Shown here: piece after piece, positions 18,475 to 28,272 of the stretch
Layout of the letters: each line of letters starts with the position of its first letter
Position numbering within the stretch: position 1 is the first letter of the stretch
Origin: a virus
Taxonomy: Duplodnaviria > Caudoviricetes
Virus record (IMG/VR): IMGVR_UViG_3300008219_000008
Span: 1-58,183 of that record
Length of the DNA stretch: 58,183 nt
Reading direction: 5' to 3' (one strand)
Position numbers and translations under genes: made by a program
The notes under the pieces: generated by a model
Database searches by the model: none
What the model saw: the letters and a program-made list of their open reading frames with translations, nothing else
What the model was told of the DNA's origin: nothing

Positions 18475-21400
18475 TTAAAATTTAGTTCCGGGGCTACGAG
18501 CAAAGTTTGCAAGTTGATTGATTATATGGGCAGCTACTGGATCAGCTCCCTGCTTGACATCATCTCTTATACGTTGTAGGGTTTCCAATTCATTTTGAGT
18601 TAGTTTATCGGCTATCAATTTTGCATCTTCAGCATTACCCCAAAGTAACAGAGGAATTGATAGGGGTGGTACTATTTTTCCTAGTATTGTAGCTACTTTT
18701 CTAGCTATAACTAATCTACCGGGTTTCTGTAGTATCTTAAAAGCTTTAGCCTTTACATTTGACATCTTTTCACCAGCACCCTTGAAGACATCTTTGCCGA
18801 TACTATACTGTTCTCGCTGCCTCATTATATGTTTACGAACCCACTTTACAGGTTTTCCTACTTCTTTAGCAATCTGCTTATCGGTCAGCCTGTACATGTT
18901 ATCCCACACATAGTTCAGCTTGTGTCCTTCAGATTGAATAGACAAAGCCTCTAAAGCCGTAAGAGCTCCAAAGCCACCCACTATACTAAACCCAAGGGCA
19001 TTTTCCCAGAATTCAATGGCTTCTTCAAGGTTTTCTCTGCGGATTTCTGCTTCTTCTACCGACTCTAACTCATCGAGTTCCTCTGTTTCCATAGAATCTT
19101 GATTTAGCTGCTGTAATCCCCCATCTGGCATATACCAGTCAGTAGCCATATCATCAAGCTCTTCAACAGTAGCACCCGCTTCTCTTGCTTCGTCTAGTAC
19201 TTGAATTTTTTTCATCTCATTATCTGTTGTTACTCTTTTACTATCTAATGTAAGTGAGCCAGTCTTATAATGTTTACGAGGAAATGTAAGTATGTATTTG
19301 TCTCCAATTTTCTGAACACTAACCTTCTTATCATCTCTTCTAATTGGAATTAAACCAATTTTTTCTACTGTATAACCCCTCTCTTCAAGCATGTCTGCAT
19401 ACTTATTAAGCTGGTAAGAATATTTCTTTTGTCTTGAATATTTATCACCATCGTATTTTTTGTTTATATTACTTAAATCTCCACTAACTATTTTAACATC
19501 GTAAATTCTAATTTTACCTTTCTCCGTCATAACAATAACGTCTGGCTTTCCGTGAAGACCTTGAGTATCACTAACCAAGTTAATCTCAGATGTAATAACT
19601 CGTCCACCACCCTTAGTTATTTCATCTCTAATTGCATTAGCATCTGTTGTGAATTTAGTAAAGTCAGCTTTCTTATTAAAGAGCTTACCCTCATTGATAA
19701 CTGTATTAGTAGCGTAGTCTTTAGATGTTTTTTCATACTGATCCCATTCTTTTAAATCATCAACGAATAAATCTCTAAGCAATTCGTCTGTAGCATTTCC
19801 AGTAGTGATACCAGCTCGGATCTTAGGATTATTAAGATCTGGACCAGAACCAGTAGGATCTAAAGAACGTGTTACGCCAGTATAATCTCCTGCCCTAGCC
19901 CTAGCTCTATTGGTTTCTCCCATTTCTAGAAGCTCATCTACCTTTTGATCTAGTTCACTAGATGTTAGTGTTGGTGCTGTATCCTCTTCTAACGTCGATT
20001 CACCAAAAGCAATATACTTTTGAAGTTCAGCATTTCCTTCAGCTTGGTCTATATTCCCTTCACTAATAGCTTTCAATAATAACTCATCAACTTCCTCTTG
20101 TGACTGAGATCCCCAGTAACCATCTGTAATATAGTCCCACCCATCAACTATAGTATCCTTGTACATACCTGATATTATCCACCCTGTCTTCCACCAATAT
20201 TCTGGATTTAATGAAAGTGGAATTCCAGCAACAGATTCAGTCCAAGAGAAGTTGTCTTCATCTTGCCATTCTAGAATATCTTGCACAAATTCTATATCTT
20301 CTTCACGTTCCCTTTTTTTAGCCTGATCCAATAAAGATGGACTACCAAAGTCAACACTGAAATCTTTCGTTTTTTGTTCTGGAAGGTTTCCATCTGGTTC
20401 AGTAGACCAAGGCAGAGCTATTGGTGTTTGTCCTTTTAGTTGTAACACTAATCTAGTACCATCTCTATGTACTCCTATAGTGGTACCCATAAATCCTAAT
20501 ATAGGAGCCATCTTTTTATTTTGATCAATAGCTTGAGCACCTGGATCTAGTCGTAGCTCAAAGTAATCAAGTACTAATTCATCGTTTGCTATAGAACTGT
20601 AGTCCTTATTTTGTCCCCAGCTTGATTGTTGCATAATAGATACAATCTTATTTCTATTATTGGGTGTAATAGTTTTCAGCAGTCTATCTTTTTGGGCTGT
20701 TCTTCTAGACTCCATAGCATCTATTTGTTGGGGGTTTAGATGTTTACCTCTATTTGTCTGAGCCATTGGCCTCAGATGCTCTGCTTTTATATCCATCCAT
20801 CCTTCCCCTCCTGCTTCTTTTAAGACATGGTATAGTACAGATAAGTGAGCTTGTTCGTTTCCATAAGTAAACCTATCTTTATTAGAACTTATAACCTCTC
20901 TAAGTTTTTCCCTAACAGGATCAAATGTTTTATTTATAGCATTCCCTACCATAGTGTTCCAATCGGCTTCGCTAATACCTAGGTCGATGGCGTAGTCCAT
21001 CCACCTTGCATAACTCATGTTGGATCTGAGTGTTTGCGTCATAGTATTCATGTCTGCCTCAGCAGCATTGTGTCCGTCTATTATACTTTTACTTTGGCTT
21101 GCATATGATTCGCCAGATAGTCCACCATAGTCACCTGGTTTTGTGGGTATTCCTCCACCACTCTTACCCATCTCAGTCCACACTCTACCAAAATAACCCC
21201 TAGGTCTAGACACACTTCTCGCTAGATTTACACCGTTATTGCCCCAGTGTTTCACGGCATTAGACAGACTATCGCCATCTTCGGGATCGGATAGTCTATA
21301 GGTTTTAACCGTATTCGCGGTCAATCCTATACTCTGAGTACCTTGTTTTGGTAATTCAACGGTACTGTCTGTAAGTTCTGTACCATCTTCCATAATTACT

Positions 21401-23838
21401 CCAGGTTTTACATCTAGTGCTAGGAGATCGAATACAGTCTGTATTCCTGTATCGTAAGTATTTCCACCAGATGCTTTTAACATCATAGCTACTTTATCAA
21501 TAGAGCTTAATCTGTTTTGATTCTCTTTGTCTGAAAATCTTAATAGGGTTTGTAAATGTACTATGTACATAAGCTGTCTCTGATTCTCACTTCCATTACC
21601 CAGACTGAGGAGTTCTGTGCGTTGGGATTCACTGTAGATTCCACTTTCCATAATCTGAGCTTTAAAACCCTTCTCCCTTTCAGAATCTTTGGCAGGAAAC
21701 GATATCCTCGAACGTGTGAAATACCGAACAGTGTTTTCTCCCCATGTTTGAAATTCTGTGTCATCCTTGATCAACTTGCTCTCTACCATCGTATCAATAT
21801 CGTACTTATAAAACGCTCCGCCAGTTGCATCACCTTCTAAGTAATCACTCATACCGCCTATACCCTGTGGTTCGGATCTTGTAGCAGTTAACAAATTCAT
21901 TACACTTTGTACCACAGTTAAATCTACAGTATGTTGCTCCAAGAATTTTTTTAAAGCCATCGGATCATCTGATTTCATAACAGAACTAAGTCTTCCTAAT
22001 GTGCCTTGAGCTGCATTATCAAATGCTTCTACTAATGCATAGCTTAAAAATGATAATACATCTGCTGATTCGATTTTAATTCCAAGCATCTCTGCAATCG
22101 CGTCCTTTTGAATTGGTGTTCTTTCTTTAAAGAGTTCTTTTAGGATAACTACAGATGCGAAAGCACCTTGTGCTAGATCAGCATCTAATTCACTTGACAT
22201 AGGATCAAGATCTAAGTTGCCAAATATTGTAATCTTATCCATTAAATCTTTAGCAGCAGCCTTTAGAAAAGGATTTTCATTATTGAGACCAACTTTATTC
22301 TGTGTGTCCAATATAGCTGATATAAGTGTACTATATCCTACTACGTCATCCACAGCATCAGCTCTGACTCCAATTATTACACCCTCAGCATCCCTCTCCA
22401 TTAAACTATGAAATCTCCCAATAGCTCCTAACTTTTGCTCTGCATAATTATCAGAATCGGGATCCACACTACCAGGAATAGTTTTGTTAAAGCTTTCTGC
22501 AAACTTATCTTCTGCCATAGCTACAGCATCTCTATATCTTTTAGTAGGCAATGGTTCACCGTTTTGAAGTTTTCGATAATCATCAGGATCATGCGCAAGG
22601 AAGTACCACCCAGATTCCCTAAAGGAAATCTTCGCCATAACTGCGGGAATATCCTTCTTGCCATTATCTATCGCTTGGGTAGTTACATCCAAGAGGTTTC
22701 GTTGTACTGCGTCCTCCTTTACTTCTGTAAAGAAATTCTTTTTCTCACCCATCAGTGATTTATACATAGAGAAAATCTTTGACTGTTCTGCTCTAGAGTA
22801 TATTTTATAATCTCTATCATTAATAACATCTTCAACAAACTCATGTAAATCTAAAGTAGACTCAATCTTCTCACTAAAGTGCTCTTGACCTATGTCTACA
22901 ACAAACTTATTCCACCTACCCTCTGGACTGCTTTGTTCATTATAGGCAACTGCTAACTCTTGTGCTGCAGACTGTACTTTATACTTCAATAACATATATG
23001 CTTCTTTAGGATTTGCAAAGTTTACATCAGGGAACACTTCACTTAACCTACTGTATGCTTCTGGTTGTACTTTAGATGCTCCAATTAACTTAGCTATGTT
23101 TTGTAACGCTTGGGATTTCATGGCTATGTTAGCTTCAAAGGAAGAGCTACCTTGACTCATAAGTTCTATATTACGGTGTAGATCATTTATAATATCATCA
23201 CCTGTTAGATCTTTATCATATGAATATTCTTCAAGGGTCACAAAACCTATACCGTGGTATCTCTCAGCTTGTTTCTTTTCCTCTCCTAGTTTTACTAACT
23301 GCTCCTGAGGAACTTTAGGTGCTTTAGTTTCAGAAGGTGGAACTGTAATATGTTCTCCCTCAAAGGATATTACAGTTTCTTTAGTGTTAATATCAGATAC
23401 TTCACCATCTGATACTAAACCCATGTCGTTCATTTCTTTATCATGTTCTTTGGTATACTGCTCTTTAAACATAGCATTATCAGCCCAGTCCCTAAGCTCT
23501 TTTATAGCTGTGTTTTGTGCATCCTTGACCATACTATCGACATCTTCGTATCCATCTGCATTAGCTGCTGATATAATACTACCGTGTACTTCAGGATCTT
23601 TTTGTTCAATGTATGCAAGCATATCAAAGTTATCAGTATCAACAGGCTTCTCAACTTCAGGAGTCTTTGGTGTTTTTTTACTGACTTGTTTAAATATGTA
23701 GTCTAGCTTTTCTTCGTTATTATCCAAACCATATTTCATGTTTAAGAAATTTTCGTTAGACTTTCTATTATCTTCGATCTGTTTAAAGATAAAATCTAGT
23801 CTTACTTTTTCTGGACTCTCTACATTGGTTGGTTCCAT
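18475..23838 (-). CDS. Large internal virion protein (1787 aa) with a C-proximal PD-(D/E)XK nuclease-like domain
   Basis: Position in the ejectosome cluster; motif SE..GLHGKPDVIV..IRIYDVK..YSYQLNKYADML; RBS AAGGAGG. Confidence 0.8.
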   Translation of the reverse strand: MEPTNVESPEKVRLDFIFKQIEDNRKSNENFLNMKYGLDNNEEKLDYIFKQVSKKTPKTPEVEKPVDTDNFDMLAYIEQKDPEVHGSIISAANADGYEDVDSMVKDAQNTAIKELRDWADNAMFKEQYTKEHDKEMNDMGLVSDGEVSDINTKETVISFEGEHITVPPSETKAPKVPQEQLVKLGEEKKQAERYHGIGFVTLEEYSYDKDLTGDDIINDLHRNIELMSQGSSSFEANIAMKSQALQNIAKLIGASKVQPEAYSRLSEVFPDVNFANPKEAYMLLKYKVQSAAQELAVAYNEQSSPEGRWNKFVVDIGQEHFSEKIESTLDLHEFVEDVINDRDYKIYSRAEQSKIFSMYKSLMGEKKNFFTEVKEDAVQRNLLDVTTQAIDNGKKDIPAVMAKISFRESGWYFLAHDPDDYRKLQNGEPLPTKRYRDAVAMAEDKFAESFNKTIPGSVDPDSDNYAEQKLGAIGRFHSLMERDAEGVIIGVRADAVDDVVGYSTLISAILDTQNKVGLNNENPFLKAAAKDLMDKITIFGNLDLDPMSSELDADLAQGAFASVVILKELFKERTPIQKDAIAEMLGIKIESADVLSFLSYALVEAFDNAAQGTLGRLSSVMKSDDPMALKKFLEQHTVDLTVVQSVMNLLTATRSEPQGIGGMSDYLEGDATGGAFYKYDIDTMVESKLIKDDTEFQTWGENTVRYFTRSRISFPAKDSEREKGFKAQIMESGIYSESQRTELLSLGNGSENQRQLMYIVHLQTLLRFSDKENQNRLSSIDKVAMMLKASGGNTYDTGIQTVFDLLALDVKPGVIMEDGTELTDSTVELPKQGTQSIGLTANTVKTYRLSDPEDGDSLSNAVKHWGNNGVNLARSVSRPRGYFGRVWTEMGKSGGGIPTKPGDYGGLSGESYASQSKSIIDGHNAAEADMNTMTQTLRSNMSYARWMDYAIDLGISEADWNTMVGNAINKTFDPVREKLREVISSNKDRFTYGNEQAHLSVLYHVLKEAGGEGWMDIKAEHLRPMAQTNRGKHLNPQQIDAMESRRTAQKDRLLKTITPNNRNKIVSIMQQSSWGQNKDYSSIANDELVLDYFELRLDPGAQAIDQNKKMAPILGFMGTTIGVHRDGTRLVLQLKGQTPIALPWSTEPDGNLPEQKTKDFSVDFGSPSLLDQAKKREREEDIEFVQDILEWQDEDNFSWTESVAGIPLSLNPEYWWKTGWIISGMYKDTIVDGWDYITDGYWGSQSQEEVDELLLKAISEGNIDQAEGNAELQKYIAFGESTLEEDTAPTLTSSELDQKVDELLEMGETNRARARAGDYTGVTRSLDPTGSGPDLNNPKIRAGITTGNATDELLRDLFVDDLKEWDQYEKTSKDYATNTVINEGKLFNKKADFTKFTTDANAIRDEITKGGGRVITSEINLVSDTQGLHGKPDVIVMTEKGKIRIYDVKIVSGDLSNINKKYDGDKYSRQKKYSYQLNKYADMLEERGYTVEKIGLIPIRRDDKKVSVQKIGDKYILTFPRKHYKTGSLTLDSKRVTTDNEMKKIQVLDEAREAGATVEELDDMATDWYMPDGGLQQLNQDSMETEELDELESVEEAEIRRENLEEAIEFWENALGFSIVGGFGALTALEALSIQSEGHKLNYVWDNMYRLTDKQIAKEVGKPVKWVRKHIMRQREQYSIGKDVFKGAGEKMSNVKAKAFKILQKPGRLVIARKVATILGKIVPPLSIPLLLWGNAEDAKLIADKLTQNELETLQRIRDDVKQGADPVAAHIINQLANFARSPGTKF

Positions 23839-24251
23839 GGTGAATATAGACCTCCTTGGTACAATCTTTCAAAGTAAGTTAAAGGGGTTGAAAAGCCTGT
23901 TGGTATATTAGTACCACCTTGTTGTATACGCAACATATCTGTTTGCGATCTCTGTAGGTCTAATGTTGCCTTAGCTCTCTCATCTGCCTCATCTTGCTTC
24001 TTCCTAGCTAATTCTTCAGCTGCTAGTCGCTTTGCTGTTTTTATTTTCATGACCTCTCTTTCAAACGTCATATCCCTTAAGTTCTTAAAGTACTCGACAC
24101 CAAAACCCAAGACATCAGCCCAAGCCTTATAGAACTCAGCACCAGAATCAATAGGCGATTCTACTCCAAAGTCTATAGCTTGTTCCCTAGTATACGTAGG
24201 AGTATAGTTTACTCCTGTTGGTATTGGACCCGTGATGCCTGGTTGTTCCAT
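23820..24251 (-). CDS. Putative internal virion protein (143 aa)
   Basis: Abuts both neighbours; RBS AAGGAG; coiled-coil-like middle section. Confidence 0.65.
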   Translation of the reverse strand: MEQPGITGPIPTGVNYTPTYTREQAIDFGVESPIDSGAEFYKAWADVLGFGVEYFKNLRDMTFEREVMKIKTAKRLAAEELARKKQDEADERAKATLDLQRSQTDMLRIQQGGTNIPTGFSTPLTYFERLYQGGLYSPWNQPM

Positions 24252-25253
24252 TTATATTCTCTCCTTTATAATATTACTAATATCTTTGTGATATAAATAT
24301 AAAGCGTTAGCTAATTCTTTGTTAGACTGTATCTTTCCATTTTTTAAATCAGTTCTTATTACATCTCTTATATCTTTACTGATATCTTCTCTAGGGTTAT
24401 CACTTATATTCATAGCATAATCTACAGATATACTTTTTTTATGCTCTTCTTTTATAGCTGGGTTTGTAATCTTCAATCTCAGTGCTGTTAGAGCTTGTCT
24501 TTCGGATGTTAGCTGTTCCTGTCTAGAAGATTCTATTCCACGACTAACAGCTTTTAAAGCTATTGGAGTTAAGTCTACCTTTGATATAATGGTTTCAGAT
24601 ATATCAGCTACATCCTTTAAATCAAGAGCTCTGAATGGTTCACCATTTCTTGGAACAACAACATTACCATAATCATCAACAGAAATCTCCATGTGATCAT
24701 TCATATAAGCCAGTCTTAAAGATTCTGCAGCTGAATCTTTGCCAACATCTGATGATACCTTTTTAAGTTCTTCAGACTTACTATCTAACCAAGAACTGAA
24801 CTCTAGTTCTTGGTTAATCCTGCTTCTTTCTATTCCCAGCTGAGTCAATGTAGCATCAGTAATATTATACAATGGCTCTAAGCGTTTGAATAAGTGGTTG
24901 GGTAGTTTATAAGCATTGTCTCTAAAGTAGTACTCACGTTCTTCATTAGATAGTTGTGATATTATGTTTGTTTCTATATTAACATGTGATTGCTTAGCTA
25001 TTTCATCTGTCTCAGGACTAAGCGAGTACTTAGTATTCCAGTAGTATTCTTTATTTGCTGACCAACCACTCCAGTCTTTAGTTTCTCTATCCCATGTTAA
25101 TGCCCTTTCAAGAGGATCCATACCACTAGTTTTCTCTAATATATCTTCAGACCTATTAATCCAGTAATCTCCTATAACATCCTCCGTATTAGGAGAAGTA
25201 TTGGTTTCTAGTCCACTTAAGTTATTCAGTATTTCTATTTGTTTTTTTATCAT
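24252..25253 (-). CDS. Putative internal virion protein (333 aa)
   Basis: ATGA overlap with the upstream gene; helical composition; cluster position. Confidence 0.65.
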   Translation of the reverse strand: MIKKQIEILNNLSGLETNTSPNTEDVIGDYWINRSEDILEKTSGMDPLERALTWDRETKDWSGWSANKEYYWNTKYSLSPETDEIAKQSHVNIETNIISQLSNEEREYYFRDNAYKLPNHLFKRLEPLYNITDATLTQLGIERSRINQELEFSSWLDSKSEELKKVSSDVGKDSAAESLRLAYMNDHMEISVDDYGNVVVPRNGEPFRALDLKDVADISETIISKVDLTPIALKAVSRGIESSRQEQLTSERQALTALRLKITNPAIKEEHKKSISVDYAMNISDNPREDISKDIRDVIRTDLKNGKIQSNKELANALYLYHKDISNIIKERI

Positions 25254-25924
25254 CTTGAGTTTAGTGCCGCCAAATAGTCAGCATTGAAGTCTGCTTGTGC
25301 CGCCATTCCGAATCCTGATATAGCAGCTGAAGTTAAGCCAGTAGTAAGTGCTGTACTAAATGCACTACTCGGATCTTGTCCTCTATATTCTTCTTGCATC
25401 AATGGTATATGTGCATTGTAGCCAAAGTTTCTTTGTGCTAATTGTTGTTGTTGTTTTCTTTCTGAGCTTATCAAGGCATTGCTAAGATTAATACTTCTGT
25501 CAGTAAATATTTGTTTTGATCTAGCCATAGAAGATCTCATAAGAGCCCTAGCTGTACCAGAGTCTGGGCTTATACCCCTGCTGAATAATGCAGATACTAT
25601 TTGGTCATTAGATTGCTTGTGTTGTCTAGATAACTCGCCTGATTCATTATTAAAATTATAACGTAAATAGAAATCAGTCTCAGCCCTTTCTTGATTAGCC
25701 GACTCAGCTATCTTTTTATTAGCCATCCATTGCATAGCATTAGCTTTAGCTATTTCTCTATTCTTTATCTGGTTTTGCATCCTGGCATTAAAACGCCGTT
25801 CTTCAAACTGCATTTTTTGCATAGCAGCATCTGCCTTTGCACCCTGAGCTCCTAGCAAAGCTTGACCTGCTTGTAAACCTATCATCCATCCCATCGGCAT
25901 ATCAGATTTCCTCCTTTGGGCCAT
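25250..25924 (-). CDS. Internal virion protein, T7 gp14-like
   Basis: Hydrophobic Gly/Ala N-terminus, Q/A/N-rich helix, RGISPDSGTA segment and hydrophobic C-terminus. Likely start is MPMGW (25900) after AAGGAGG. Confidence 0.7.
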   Translation of the reverse strand: MAQRRKSDMPMGWMIGLQAGQALLGAQGAKADAAMQKMQFEERRFNARMQNQIKNREIAKANAMQWMANKKIAESANQERAETDFYLRYNFNNESGELSRQHKQSNDQIVSALFSRGISPDSGTARALMRSSMARSKQIFTDRSINLSNALISSERKQQQQLAQRNFGYNAHIPLMQEEYRGQDPSSAFSTALTTGLTSAAISGFGMAAQADFNADYLAALNSR

Positions 25925-25989
25925 ACAGCCCGTCTAAGACATTTCATTGGTTTAATAGGGTTACCCCCGGGTAATTCAAAGAATCTCTC

Positions 25990-27678
25990 TCAAGACCATG
26001 AGCGACCCTTTACAGCCCAACCCGCTTTATTAGGGTCTATAGGCGGTCTGTTTTTTTCTCGTCTAATTACAGCACCACTTAGGTGATTAGACCATAGACC
26101 CATGCGTCTATCATCATCTAACCATGTATCAACTTGTCGTTGCTCAGCTGCCTTACGATTATTATCTATGATCACATCAACATCTGTACGTAGCTGGTCT
26201 TCCCAGTGTGATACAGCTGCTGCCAAGCAATCTATCCTGTCGTCATGAGGTAACGCACCTCGCTTATCGAATATACGTGTGATCTGTTTCTGTGTTTCTT
26301 CTTGGCATATAGAACGCTTGTCGAATACCAGTCTATGCTGAGTCATTACAGGCTCCATAGTTGATATGATACGTGCTTCCTTACGACCACCCACCCTAAA
26401 ATCTTCAATAGCAACAGAGCCACAGATGTCAGTCATTATGGGTGCCAACAGTTGACAGAACATAGCATCACCGAAGTTAGACTCTACTCGTACTAGCTTG
26501 ACACCATAGTCATAAGCAAGACGTGAGATCTTATTAAGTATACCCTTCTCGTACCCACCAACATAACCCACAAGTTCGTGAATGAATATATATCCATTAG
26601 CAAACGAGGCAATACATACAGCAGTCTCATCAGACCCACGACCCGATGGGTCAATGTACATCACTCGCTGAGAGTATGGTACAAAGGTTTCAGCTATCCA
26701 CATAGGTTCATATATAACATCTCCTGTTAAACCAAAGGCAGGTACGCCCTTCATAGGCTTACTGTTTGACCATATGATCTTCTCGGGACACATGTCAGGA
26801 TGTACGTCTATGACAATCAAGTCAGAAAGACGTAACGGAAACTTTTCAAAGTCAGCTAAGGATGTATCAAGCTTATAGTGCAAAGCAAATAACTTGGGTC
26901 CAATCTTAGCCATACGTTCCAGAAGAATTTCATTTGAGAATCTTTCAGGTTGGGTAGCTTGCCCAGGCTCTAGCCCAGATTGAACCACCCACTCATTTAT
27001 ATCTTCAGACTCTATTGGATTAGTGAGATCAGGCATTATAGCTGGGAACTTAGTTACAGGATAGCCAGTCTTGAGTTGATTGTAGATCGAGTCCTTGATC
27101 TGAGGTGTACCCAGAAATATTACACGACCTCCTACGTTACGTATCTGTTCGAATTCTGATACCTTGGATAATAGTTTCTCTCTTGCATTAGCAGTCTCAC
27201 AGTTACCTTCGATTTCGATGTCATCACCGATAACGTAGTCAGCGTGTGACCCTGTTATCTGGGATGTAATACCCCGTGCATAGCATGACTTGTCTTGTCC
27301 AATCTTTGTCCTAGCTTCTACGTTGAATGCAAAGGCATTATCAGTAGTATGATCGCCAGGCTTTAGGTGTTCACAGTATGGCACAAGATCTAAGATCCTA
27401 CGTGTCATAGAGATGAACTCTGTTGCCTTGTTACCTGTAGCGGAAACAACCATGATTGTACAGTTCGAATCCTTCAGAAGAAACCAAGATGCTAAGCATG
27501 CTGTTATCACGGACTTACCAAACCCACGTCCAGCTTGTAGCTGCATGTCGTTTGATCCACTCTGTAGTGCATCAGCCATACCGTACTGAGCTCCTGTAGG
27601 TTCTCCTAAGCCCAAGTATTTGAAACAAGCCCACATGTGGTTCCTGAAGTCATCAAGCATTTCTTGAGGTATATTCAT
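25990..27678 (-). CDS. terL: Terminase large subunit (T7 gp19-like)
   Basis: Walker A QAGRGFGKS; GSHADYVIGDDIE; FLGTPQ; nuclease motifs YIDPSGRGSDET, ESNFGD, HDDRIDCL. Confidence 0.96.
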   Translation of the reverse strand: MNIPQEMLDDFRNHMWACFKYLGLGEPTGAQYGMADALQSGSNDMQLQAGRGFGKSVITACLASWFLLKDSNCTIMVVSATGNKATEFISMTRRILDLVPYCEHLKPGDHTTDNAFAFNVEARTKIGQDKSCYARGITSQITGSHADYVIGDDIEIEGNCETANAREKLLSKVSEFEQIRNVGGRVIFLGTPQIKDSIYNQLKTGYPVTKFPAIMPDLTNPIESEDINEWVVQSGLEPGQATQPERFSNEILLERMAKIGPKLFALHYKLDTSLADFEKFPLRLSDLIVIDVHPDMCPEKIIWSNSKPMKGVPAFGLTGDVIYEPMWIAETFVPYSQRVMYIDPSGRGSDETAVCIASFANGYIFIHELVGYVGGYEKGILNKISRLAYDYGVKLVRVESNFGDAMFCQLLAPIMTDICGSVAIEDFRVGGRKEARIISTMEPVMTQHRLVFDKRSICQEETQKQITRIFDKRGALPHDDRIDCLAAAVSHWEDQLRTDVDVIIDNNRKAAEQRQVDTWLDDDRRMGLWSNHLSGAVIRREKNRPPIDPNKAGWAVKGRSWS

Positions 27679-27792
27679 TTAGTAGCTTATTCGCTTTTTC
27701 TTAGTAGCAGGTTTTTTTACTGCTTTCTTTTTCTTTCCTTTTTTGGGGGGTCTTCCAACCTGTTTACCGTATGTTCCTTTACCTTGTGGCAT
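27679..27792 (-). CDS. Small basic protein (37 aa) with an AT-hook-like GRP motif (missing from the ORF track)
   Basis: MPQGKGTYGKQVGRPPKKGKKKKAVKKPATKKKRISY; RBS AAGGAG; its stop abuts the terL ATG. Confidence 0.8.
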   Translation of the reverse strand: MPQGKGTYGKQVGRPPKKGKKKKAVKKPATKKKRISY

Positions 27793-27805
27793 TATTCAGT
27801 CTCCT

Positions 27806-28054
27806 TTATTTCTTTTTAACAATCTTACTAGCAGTACCGCTTAGCATTCCTGACCTCTTTTTCCTTACAGTACTAAGTCGTTTCTTAACTACACCCGATA
27901 ACGCTTTGCTAAGCCATCCTCCACCACTTATGTTTTTAAATTGAGTACCACCCTTCTTTGTATTAGGGGCTCCCGTGTTTTTATATCCCTTTAGAAACAT
28001 ACCCTCTTTTTTCATATACCTAGCAACTTCCTTGAATGCTCTACCAATTGACAT
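27806..28054 (-). CDS. Small basic hypothetical protein (82 aa)
   Basis: K/R/G-rich ORF with RBS AAGGAG, between terS and terL. Confidence 0.7.
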   Translation of the reverse strand: MSIGRAFKEVARYMKKEGMFLKGYKNTGAPNTKKGGTQFKNISGGGWLSKALSGVVKKRLSTVRKKRSGMLSGTASKIVKKK

Positions 28055-28056
28055 AA

Positions 28057-28269
28057 TTATACTATCTCCTTTTTAAATGGTAGACTTGAGACCATCTTAT
28101 CCTGCAAGAATTCCATTGATTCTTTTGGTATAGTATCCAAGTCTTCCTTATTATCGTTGATTACACCCCGTATCACCTGATATAAACCAGGTGTACACTT
28201 TTGTGGATCATCCAGATCCAACAATAGAGTATCTAAAAATTGATCGTTTAGTTTTTTTATTCTATTCAT
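28057..28269 (-). CDS. terS: Probable terminase small subunit (T7 gp18-like)
   Basis: 70-aa helical protein just upstream of terL, with a TPGLYQVIRGVINDN...SLPF pattern typical of gp18. Confidence 0.65.
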   Translation of the reverse strand: MNRIKKLNDQFLDTLLLDLDDPQKCTPGLYQVIRGVINDNKEDLDTIPKESMEFLQDKMVSSLPFKKEIV

Positions 28270-28272
28270 GGT

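Noticed and set aside
23820-23838. Programmed frameshift fusing the 143-aa and 1787-aa ORFs
   Set aside because: The downstream ORF has its own AAGGAGG and ATG, and no slippery heptamer is visible.
25927-25936. 10-mer AGCCCGTCTA shared with 57390-57399 as a possible phage promoter
   Set aside because: Only two copies, and the flanks are not conserved; compatible with chance.
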